From the NCBI GenBank assembly GCA_043228905.1, contig JBHGNT010000016.1:11718001-11782000 (forward strand): DNA of 64,000 nucleotides. The letters run 5' to 3'. The translations under genes were made by a program, and so were the position numbers. A model generated the notes under the pieces. It was given only the letters and a program-made list of their open reading frames with translations. It was not told the origin of the DNA and ran no database searches. Origin of the DNA: Azolla caroliniana. Taxonomy: Eukaryota > Plantae > Polypodiophyta. Within the stretch, counting starts at the first letter, position 1. Each line of letters opens with the position of its first letter. This document shows positions 38,301 through 48,499 of this stretch, piece by piece.

Positions 38301-39456
38301 CTCGACTTCACTCTCGCTAGGGATGGGTGTTTCCCGTCCATCCCAGTGTTGCCCAAAGTGACAACCAAAATCTCCCAACTATCCAGGAGGGAACCGAGCA
38401 GCAGCAATGCGAGTATCTCGTCAGCTAGAGGTACTTCCTATGAGGTTGTTTGGTTTATCATCCCCTGGAATGTATTCATGTGCTCTACCATGTTGGATCC
38501 TTCTTGGTCTCGGAGTCTCACTAAGTTCCGGAATACCGAAACCCGTTTCACGACGTTCTTGCTCTCCAACATGGTGCTGATTTTCTCCTAGAGGACATGC
38601 ATTGGGCCTTACTTTCTTCGTTGAAGTTGTTGTATAGTCTCTTGTCGATGAAGCATTGAATGTATGTTGTCGTCTTCATGTGCATCATCTCCTAGTTTGC
38701 GGCATCAATTTTATCTAGTCTTTTGTCTCTGAACTATACCGGCAGCTAGAGATCTTTGACCACCAACGTGTCCCTCATCTTCGACTTCCACACTAGATAG
38801 TTGGAGCCGGTGAGCTTGAACATGCCACCGAATGGATCTTCCATGCTCTGATACCAGATTGTGCGGAATAGTGCTCGGCCACAACCGAGTCTCGAACTCA
38901 CAATGCAAGAAATAAACAGAAAATAGCAATGCACTTACACAGACAACAGAGACGACGCCAAATGTTTACGTGGAAAACCCTAATAGGGAAAAATCACGGG
39001 AACCCACAGACTCCAACTATCACTATGAGAGGAAGGATACAACGCGAGACTCAGAGGCAACGACCTCGAGCTCTATGTCTTCGCCAACTGACTGTTACAA
39101 CAAGAAATACTTTCTCTTTCTCTCTCACTCTCTCTCTCTCTCTGTCACTCTTTGTCTATACAATAATAACAATAATAATGTCATCATAAAACACTATTTT
39201 CCCTAGTTATATTTATACTCATATAACTTATGGGCTATTTACAAATATGACCTCAACGGTCACGTTTGAACATATTTACAAATATGTTCCTATTTGCTTG
39301 TTCATACCGGATCCGGCAGGACTCGTTCTGGATCCATCCGATCCGGTATCCGGATACCTTGCGGATCCATCCAGTTCAGTTCCTCCTTTCATCCCTTCTG
39401 ATCCGATTCGTCCGGTTCTCATCCAGATCCCATCCAGAGGGACTTGTTTCTCAACT
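35320..39456 (-). mobile_element. Degenerate copia I (D/F-related), 3'-truncated
   Basis: RT, INT, PR and gag fragments; PBS 38845-38856 with the ATG directly adjacent; 5' LTR ~38860-39456. Confidence 0.85.
35484..35928 (+). repeat. Solo LTR of family B inserted in the RT of element I
   Basis: Near-identical to 4112-4558; TSD gttgt/gctgt. Confidence 0.9.
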
Positions 39457-39663
39457 ATCTCTGTAATGTCTGCAAAAACGAGCATAATCACACTCACTAA
39501 GCAACAAAAATATTAGAAAATAACAATAGGACAAAACAACATTCCTTGACCAAAATAAACTATTTCTTGAATATTTCTAGACATAATCCATTACATGAGT
39601 ATTCTATGCAACGGAATGAAGATGTAAAGAATCAAGTGTATAATTCTATGCAACGGAATGAAG

Positions 39664-39664
<1 letters not shown>

Positions 39665-39727
<63 letters not shown>
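39665..39727. repeat. (GT)n-(GA)n compound microsatellite
   Basis: Read directly from the sequence. Confidence 0.95.
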
Positions 39728-39729
<2 letters not shown>

Positions 39730-40032
39730 ACACAATGTAGTTAGAAAACAAGAAGATCATATTATCAAGAAAAATAGCAACCAACAGTTACAAAGGAGAG
39801 GAGAAGGTGCTTATATGGTCACCTCCTCTCTACATTCTCTCACTAACTCTTGGGAAAGAGGTGGGGACTGAACTACCTACCTATCAACTATGTGTCATAG
39901 AAGTTATGATACAAAGTGGTGGAATGTTCACACACTTGGCTATTCCTATGGTGTGTTCCACACTAGGAATAAACCAATAAGGATTTTACTTGTACAAACA
40001 CATGTTACTTATATATTAATCTTCAAATGGAA

Positions 40033-40663
40033 AGTCAACTAAGCAAGTCCACTAAATTGTGATCTGGTAGGATTTCGGTCCCTCCGGATGGGATATGAGT
40101 ACCCGACAACAGAAGACCCAGTGAGAACCGGATGACGCAGGCCCGGTGAGAACCTCTTACCGGATTAAGGGACATATATGGAAATATGTTTCTGAGAGCC
40201 CATTGGGGCTATATCTATAAATAGTCCTAATGTCAGATTAGTATAAATATGACCTAGGGCAAACAATGTGTGTGTGTATCATTGTGTTGTCATTTTTCCT
40301 GTGATATAGAGTTATTTGGTGTAATTGCTATATAGAGTCCACTAAATTGTGATATAGAGTCAACTAAGCAAGTCCACTAAATTGTGATCTGGTAGGATTT
40401 CGGTCCCTCCGGATGGGATATGAGTACCCGACAACAGAAGACCCAGTGAGAACCGGATGACGCAGGCCCGATGAGAACCTCTTACCGGATTAAGGGACAT
40501 ATATGGAAATATGTTTCTGAGAGCCCATTGGGGCTATATCTATAAATAGTCCTAATGTCAGATTAGTATAAATATGACCTAGGGCAAACAATGTGTGTGT
40601 GTGTATCATTGTGTTGTCATTTTTCCTGTGATATAGAGTTATTTGGTGTAATTGCTATATAGA
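40033..40663. repeat. ~325-bp tandem duplication of the flank plus the first part of J's 5' LTR
   Basis: agtcaactaagcaagtccactaaattgtgatctggtagg... occurs at ~40033 and ~40358. Confidence 0.9.
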
Positions 40664-43600
40664 GTTTAGCAAAGAGAGAGAGAGAGAGAGAGTTAGATAT
40701 ATAGAGTGATTCTCTGTTGTAACCGCCGCGAGGCGAAGAGAGTGAGCATGAGGCCATTGCCTCTGTGCCCCTTGTTGTATTCTTTAACATAGTGATAGTT
40801 TGGAGTCCATGGGCTCCCGTGGTTTTTTTCCCATTTAGGGTTTTCCACGTTAACATATTGTGTACACTTTGTGGCCGAGAATTATTCCGCATATTCTCGT
40901 CAATCTGGTATCAGAGCGAAATGACACAGAAAATGGAAGATTCGTTGGGAGGCATGTTCAAGATCAACGGCTCGAACTACTCAGTATGGAAGTCGAAGAT
41001 GAGGGACATGCTTGTGGTTAAAGATCTTTGGTTGCCGGTTCAGTTTGGGGACAAGAGCCTAGACAAGATCGATGCCACGATGTGGGAGGTGATGCACATG
41101 AAGACGACGGCATACATTCGGTGCTTCATCGACATGAGCCTGTACAACAACTTCAATGAAGAGTGCAAGGCTCATGAGCTCTGGGAGAAGATCGGCATTA
41201 TGCTTCAGAACAAAAATGTTGTTAATCGGGTTTCAGTATTCTAGAAGCTAGTAAGACTTCGGTACCAAGATGGCTCCAGCATGGTGGAGCACATGAATGC
41301 CTTCCAGGGGCTGATTCACCAAGCAACGTCGTTGGAAGTACCTCTCGCCGATGAGGTACTAGCACTACTCCTGCTCAGTTCCCTCCCGGATAGTTGGGAG
41401 ACGTTGGTTGTCACTTTGGGCAACGCTGGGCCGGAAGGCAAACAGTTATCCCTAGCTAGAGTCAAGTCGACCTTGCTAGATGAGGAGGCACATCGGAAAG
41501 ACAAGGATACGAGCTCCGACTCCAAAGCACTCCTTACCGAATCGGAATGTGGAAGACAAAGGAACTAGAGTCCCCAGAACCGGGAAAAGTCGGAGACACG
41601 GTCAAAGTCAAGGGGAAGGCCCACTTACTTCTATTGTGGGAAGCCGGGACACTTCCAGGAGAACTGTCGGCATTTCCGGAAAGACGAGGTAACCGACAGT
41701 ACCGATTCGAAGCGGTCACCGGACCGGAACGGCAAAGAACGAAGAGGACCGGACCGGAAGGGAACAACGGCAATCACAGCAAGTGAAGAAGAGTTGATGC
41801 TCATCACCGAGGAGAGTGAGTTGAACCTTGCCGGTGACGAGATAATGGTTGTCGATTCCGGAGCGTCGTTCCACCTTACCTCGGACCAAAAATGCTTCTC
41901 ATCCTACACGGCCGGTGATCACGGTTGTGCCCGGATGGGGAATGAAGGTACATGCCGAATTGTCGGCATAGGAGATGTGTGGCTGACAACACCAACCGAA
42001 TGCAAGTTGCTGCTGAAGGATGTTCGACACATTCCGGAAGTTCGACTGAACTTGATATCAGTCGGTCGGCTAGATGATGAAGGCTACACAGGTAGCATCT
42101 GGAACGGTGTCATGAAATTCAACAAAGGGAGCCTGATAGTGGCTCGGGCCCAGAAAGTCAACACGTTGTATCTGATGAATGCCCAGTTATGCCCAGAAGA
42201 CGTGAACATGGCATCTGACATTGTCGATGAGTTGTGGCACAAGAGACTGTGTCACATGAGCGAGAAGGGGATGAGGAGGCTTGCTGATGACAACCTCGAC
42301 TGCCTGGCCGGTAAGCAAAACCGGATCTCCTTCCGATCAAGGCCACCGATGAGACGTAATGTACCACTAGAGCTGGTGCATACCGATGTGTGTCAAGTAG
42401 ACACGAAGTCACATGCCGGAGCGCAATACTTCATGACGTTCATAGATGACCACAGCCGAAAGTTGTGGGCCACACCGCTGAAGATGAAGGATTAGGTGTT
42501 ATTCGTCTTCAAGGAGCTCCACGCAAGAATGGAAAGAGAAACCGGCTGGAAGCTGAAGGCGGTTTGAGTAGACAACGGAGGTGAATATCGGGGGCAGTTT
42601 GAGGAGTATTGCCACTCGAAGGGAATTCGGCTCGAATTTACTATGCCGAAGATGCCAGAACTAAACAGGTTGGCCAAGAGGATGAACCGGACCATAATGG
42701 AGAGGGTCTAGAGTATGTTGGCACATGCAAAGTTACCTAAGACGTTTTGGGCTGAGGCGCTGGCGACAGAGACGGATGTGATAAACAGGTCACCCTCAGT
42801 GCCCTTGGACGAAGACACACCAGAAAGAGTGTCTTACCGGCACCTAAAGGTGTTCAGGTGTCTCACTTACGTGCATGTGGCAAAGGACTGGAGAGCAAAG
42901 TTGGATCCAAAGTCCCGTCCTTGCATATTCCTCGGATACGGCAATGATGAGTTCGGCTACCGAGTGTGGAATCCAGTCGACAAGGTGTTCCGGAGTCGAG
43001 ATATTATCTTCATGGAGGACAAGACCCTTGCCGATTGGGAGTCGGAGAAGAAGATAATGAACTCCAAGTCGACCGGTAAGGATCAGTTCGATGAGATTCG
43101 GACCTACCCAGCTGAGAGCCGGTTGACTCTCAAAGAACTGGCCGGTTACGGCGAGGATACCGAGCCGGCAGAAGAAGAAGAAGAAGAAGCAAAAACCGGA
43201 ACCAGCCAAGACCTCGAATCAGATTCAAATGAAGAACAAATAGAGGAGTCGGTTGTTGAAAGCCAAGGACGCAGATATCCTCTTAGAGAGAGAAGGCCCC
43301 CTCGGAGATTTCCGGATGAAGAGCACGTGTTGCTAACCGATGAGGGGGAGCCAGAAAGCTTCGAAGAAGTAAAGGAGGACACCCACAGCCGCAAGTGGTT
43401 GAGTGCCATGCAGGACGAGATGGATTCCCTGCATGAGAACCACACGTATGAACTGGTGGAGTTGCCGAAAGGAAAGTGGGCACTCCGGAATAAGTGTACA
43501 AGTTGAAACTAGGAGATGCTGATAACCCCCCGAGATACAAAGCCAGGATCATGGTAAAGGGGTTCCAGCAGAAGAAGGGCGTGGACTTCGACGAGATATT

Positions 43601-45512
43601 TCCCCCGGTAGTAAAGATGACTTTCATCTGGACAATGCCAAGCATAGCGGCGAGCATGGACCTTGAGGTAGAGCAATTAGACGTGAAGACAGCATTCCTC
43701 CACGGCGACCTCGAAGAGGAGATCTACATGCAATAACCGGAGGGATTTGTGAAGGAAGGGAAGGAGCACGTGGTTTGCCGGCTGAAGAAGAACCTCTACG
43801 GTTTGAAGCAGGCTCCCCGGCAATGGTACTGGAAGTTCGACTCCTTCATGAAGGATCATGGATACCACAAGACGCAGGCCGATCACTGCGTGTTCGTGAA
43901 GAAGTTTGAAGGTGGAGACTTCCTGATACTCCTCCTGTACGTGGATGACATGATGATCGTCGGACGAGACTAAGTCAAGATATGGACGTTGAACAAGGCT
44001 CTGAACCGGACCTTCTCAATGAAAGACTTAGGTCCGGCAAGATAGATATTGGGGATGCATATCATCCAGGACCGGTCAAAGAAGCAATTGTGGTTGTCAC
44101 AGGAGAAGTATGTGACAAAGGTACTTCAGCGGTTCAACATGTCAGATGCGAAACCGGTCGGATCAACACTCCCGGCAAACTACAAGTTATCCGGTAAGCA
44201 AAGCCCGAAGACGAAGGCAGAGAAGATGCATATGATGAAGATACCATATGCCTCTGCCGTCGGAAGCTTAATGTACGCAATGGTGTGTACCCGACCGGAT
44301 ATTGGATACGCAATCGGAGTGGTGAGCCGCTTTATGAGCAATCCCGGCGAGGAGCACTGGAATGCGGTAAAATGGATACTCCGGTACTTGAAAGGCACCT
44401 CAACTGTGTGTCTTCGATTCCGCTCCGGTAAACCCCAACTTGACGGTTTCACCGACTCGGATATGTCGGCTGATGCGGATACCAGCCGGTCAACATCGGG
44501 ATATGTTATGACATATGTAGGGGGAGGTGTTTCGTGGCAGTCGAGGCTACAGAAGACGGTTGCATTGTCAACCACGGAGGTGGAGTACATGGCGGTTATG
44601 GAAGCCGGCAAGGAAATACTATGGATGAAGGACTTCATCGAAGAGCTAGGGATCTGGCAAGAGGAATACCGGCTCCATTGCAACAGTGTCATCCACCTTG
44701 CGAAGAACGCAACGTATCATTCCAAGACGAAGCACATCCAGCAGAGGTACCACTGGATTCGGGAGCGAGTGGAAGATCAAGAGTTCGTGATGACGAAGAT
44801 CCACACTGAGGAGAATGGGTCGGATATGTTGATCAAGGTGTTGACACCCGACAAGTTGGGTGCATGCCGGAAACGGATCGGACTGACGAGGCATCCCATG
44901 CCGGAGTGAAGAGGGGGTTTGTTAGGATTTCGGTCCCTCCAGATGGGATGATGAGTACCCGGCAACAGAAGACCCGGTGAGAACCGGATGACGCAGGCCC
45001 GGTGAGAACCTCTCACCGGATGAAGGGACATATATGGAAATATGTTTTTGAGAGCCCAATGGAGCTATATTTGTAAATAGTCCTGATGTCATATTAGTAT
45101 AAATATGACCTAGGGTAAACAAAGTGTGTGTGTATCATTGTGTTGTCATTTTTCCTGTGATATAGAGTTATTTGGTGTAACTACTATATAGAGCGTAGCA
45201 GAGAGAGAGAGAGAGAGTTAGATATAGAGTGATTCTCTATTGTAACCGCCACGAGGCGAAGAGAGTGAGCACGAGGTCATTGCCTCTGTGCCCCCTGTTG
45301 TATTCTTTGACATAGTGATAGTTTGGAGTCTGTGGGCTCCCGTGGTTTTTTCCCATTTAGGGTTTTCCACGTTAACATACTGTGTACACTCTCTTTTAGT
45401 GTTTTGTGTATACGTTCATCTATCTCCACATTCCCATTGCTATGTTTGTAATTCACAACGAAGTGATTGAAGACTCGGTTGTGGCCGAGAATTATTCCGC
45501 ATATTCTCGTCA
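40390..45512 (+). mobile_element. Ty1/copia element J (D/F family), degenerate full length
   Basis: LTRs 40390-40902 and 44920-45512; TSD tgatc/taatc; PBS 40906-40917; PPT ~44907-44917. Confidence 0.93.
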
Positions 45513-46309
45513 TAATCCACTAAAGGAAAGTTCCACTAAAATGTAAATTTAGGGCCTTGACCAAGTAGCTAGTTCCTTCCTTGATGGAGCTCCCTTCTTC
45601 TGCAACTCCCTTCTTCTGCCTTTTTCATGACGACAATCCATTTTCCCTAGTCTCTTCACCTATTGCGCAAGTGTGTCCTTCGACAACATATGCACTACCT
45701 TCTCCTCCTCCAAAAGCTCACTAGCAACTTCCTTCATTAATGGTTCTACACAATAAGGTGTAGGGCTAGGTTGGGTCGTTACAAAGTTAGAGGACTCAAA
45801 GAATTGTTATATGAAGTGTTCAAAAACACAGTTATTTTGCATGCCTAAATCACGCACTTGGCCAACTAATTTGTTATTTTGGGTAACATTGCCTAGTTCA
45901 ATGCACTCTTCCACAAGCAAAGAATTAAGCTAATTTGAAGGAGATATCTAGGCAAGTGTTGTGACATGTGAGAAAGAGAGAGAGAGAGAAAGAGAGAGAA
46001 TAGAATAAGATGAAGATAGAAGGTAGAGAGAGAAAAAGAAGACTTGAAACGGAAAGGAGTTTATATTATAAGAGAACAAGGGTTACAAAGATTAGGCTAA
46101 GGGGCTGAACACTGGTGTTGAACTAAATGAGTTTTGATGAATGAGTAGACACCTATTTATATGTCCTTATGGAGTATTCTAGAATGTTCTAGAGTTTTTT
46201 AGATATTTATGATATTTAAGATAATCATAGAATATTCTAGAATGTTTTAGAATACTCTAAATATCTTATAATAACTAATAATATAATTCTTGTAAATTAT
46301 ATATTGTAT

Positions 46310-48318
46310 TGTGAAATGCTCTCAAGAATTGCCCCCTTTCATTATGTCTCAAGTTACATTTTATAGACTCTCTCTTAGCGTGGAGGGTGTTCTCCCGCTC
46401 CAATTAGCTCTACTAATTATGGGGCTTGGTGGGGGCCTAGTTTGGGTGTGGTGCATGAGGCTTGGTAGGGGCCTAATTTGGGTGTGGTCTATGTGTGGTG
46501 CATGGGGCTTGGTAGGGGCCTAATCTAGGTGTGGTCCATGTGACCACCACAATTCCCCCTTGTAAAAAAAAAGTTATTGTGCAGTCGAAGTGCGACGAGG
46601 CGTGGACGACGGTTCTAGACGGGGGGATGACACAGGCGTGGGCGTAGGCATGAGTGTGGGCGGGGGCGGTGGTAGTTGATGGAAGGGCTTCATGCGAGAC
46701 TGGTGAGCAAAGGTAGGACGGTTGTTGGAGGCGCGGCGGAGCAGGTATGTAGTGTCGTGTATCTGCTTTTGAACTTCGAAGGGACTGATCCATCGGTGCA
46801 TGAGCGATTCGTTGAGACCGCGACGACGGATGGGGAAGTAGACGAGGACTTTGTCACCGACGTGGTATTGATGGTCGACACGGCCTATATCGTGTTGTCG
46901 TTTTTGGCGTAGTTGTGCCTGGTGCAGGTTGCTCGTGATGGCTTTGCGGAGGAGGGGCTGGAGTTGTTGTAGGTGGGACCACCAAGACACTGCGTGAGCG
47001 TGGAGTTGTGTGGTTGGTTGCGGGACTGCCACTTCTGGGGGTAAGCGCGGGTCCCTTCCGTAAAGGGCCCGAAATGGGAGCTCAGAGAGGGAGGCAGCGT
47101 CAGCTAATTGGACGTTCTGCTTCTGTTGGTGATTCTGCCACTTTCGGTAGTGACGCCGAATGTGGCCATAGTTGTTGCAGTAGAAACATTTGGGGCGTCC
47201 CTGGCTGTCTCGTTCGGGCAATGCACGCTTGGCACGTAATTGCGCATTCTGGATGTCGATGTCCATGGGAGTGACGGCTGGTATAGTGTTTGTATGATCA
47301 TGACTGAGATTACCTGGTGTGTGCATGTCGTGCGCGTCTGCAGCTTCGATGCGTTGGGCAGTGAGGATGGCTTCGTGTAGTGTCGTCGGGCCTTGATCGT
47401 GTACACGGCGGCGGAGGTCATGTCGTATACACGGCCAGAAAAAAAACAACTTCATGTCCTCCGACATGTTGGCGTCAGCCCAGCGTAGGATCTGCACAAA
47501 ACGAACCGCGAACTGGGTGATGGGTTCGCGTGGTTGTTGGGTAATTGACTCAAGTTGTTGTAGGGCCGTTTGGCGGGAGTCTTGATGAGCAAAATTCCGA
47601 ATCATGGCTGCCCGTAACAGATCCCAGTCGTTGCGTGTCTCTTCGGGTTGTTGTACAAGCCATGTTGTCGCGATATTCTCGAGGAGTGTCTTCATCTCCA
47701 TTGCCTTCCGAGGGTGTGGCCACTGGTGGTAACTGGCCACCATTTCGAAATGATCCAGCCAAGAGAGGACGTCTTCCGATGGTAGGCCGGAGAACGGTTT
47801 TGGGCGAACTCGAGAGTCCGGGAGATTTTGTTGTGGCTCGGATCGTGCTGAAAGAAAGGACAACATGGCTTGGTTAGTATGGTTAACTTGTAAAATGATG
47901 TTGGACAGAGCTTGAACCAGTTGGTCGATTGGCGATGTGGGCTGGTGTCCTTGATTGTGTTGTAGGAATTCCGGATTCATCGAGTTTGCGTTGTCGTCGT
48001 TGTTGTCGTGTTGCATCGTGGCGGGCGTTGTTGGGGTCGTGAGTTGGGGTGGCTTTGCCCGTCTTCTCCACCAAGATGTGAAATGCTCTCAAGAATCGCC
48101 CCCTTTCATTATGTCTCAAGTTACATTTTATAGACTCTCTCTTAGCGTGGAGGGTGTTCTCCCGCTCCAATTAGCTCTACTAATTATGGGGCTTGGTGGG
48201 GGCCTAGTTTGGGTGTGGTGCATGAGGCTTGGTAGGGGCCTAATTTGGGTGTGGTCTATGTGTGGTGCATGGGGCTTGGTAGGGGCCTAATCTAGGTGTG
48301 GTCCATGTGACCACCACA
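46310..48318 (-). mobile_element. Short gypsy-type element K (2009 bp), no PR/RT/RH/integrase core
   Basis: 242-bp LTRs 46310-46551 and 48077-48318 (one difference seen); 4-bp TSD GTAT; PBS TGGTGGAGAAGACGGGC (48073-48057, tRNA-Ala-like); PPT 46552-46561. Confidence 0.94.
46574..48016 (-). CDS. Gag fused to the integrase C-terminal (GPY/F) domain, 480 aa
   Basis: PKPFSG...WLDHFE capsid-like region, CFYCNNYGH knuckle, then PFRALYGRDPRLP...RQKRQHD...VGDKVLV...WISPFEV. Confidence 0.82.
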   Translation of the reverse strand: MQHDNNDDNANSMNPEFLQHNQGHQPTSPIDQLVQALSNIILQVNHTNQAMLSFLSARSEPQQNLPDSRVRPKPFSGLPSEDVLSWLDHFEMVASYHQWPHPRKAMEMKTLLENIATTWLVQQPEETRNDWDLLRAAMIRNFAHQDSRQTALQQLESITQQPREPITQFAVRFVQILRWADANMSEDMKLFFFWPCIRHDLRRRVHDQGPTTLHEAILTAQRIEAADAHDMHTPGNLSHDHTNTIPAVTPMDIDIQNAQLRAKRALPERDSQGRPKCFYCNNYGHIRRHYRKWQNHQQKQNVQLADAASLSELPFRALYGRDPRLPPEVAVPQPTTQLHAHAVSWWSHLQQLQPLLRKAITSNLHQAQLRQKRQHDIGRVDHQYHVGDKVLVYFPIRRRGLNESLMHRWISPFEVQKQIHDTTYLLRRASNNRPTFAHQSRMKPFHQLPPPPPTLMPTPTPVSSPRLEPSSTPRRTSTAQ

Positions 48319-48499
48319 GTATATGTTACCATAATTGTTAAAGGTTTAACATGTATACCAAGATATTGTGGGTTCAAATCCTTGTAAGCCAAAATGTTTG
48401 TCATCATGACATTATTTCCCCTTTTCAACGACGAGTTCCTCGAGTCATAAAGAAGGACTTCGGACTTCGCTTATGTGGATATTTGTTGTGAATAGCAAT

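Larger units (their letters stand above)
45960..48490 (-). mobile_element. B-related gypsy 3' LTR (N) split by K, with PPT and a short stretch of internal sequence
   Basis: LTR 45960-46309 + 48319-48411 ends catgaca; it has tctagaa arrays like B; PPT 48412-48426. Confidence 0.72.

Noticed and set aside
39457-45960. Possible older LTR element hosting J (ccactaaa repeats, ...agggccttgac at ~45560)
   Set aside because: I could not identify a partner LTR, PBS/PPT or coding evidence.
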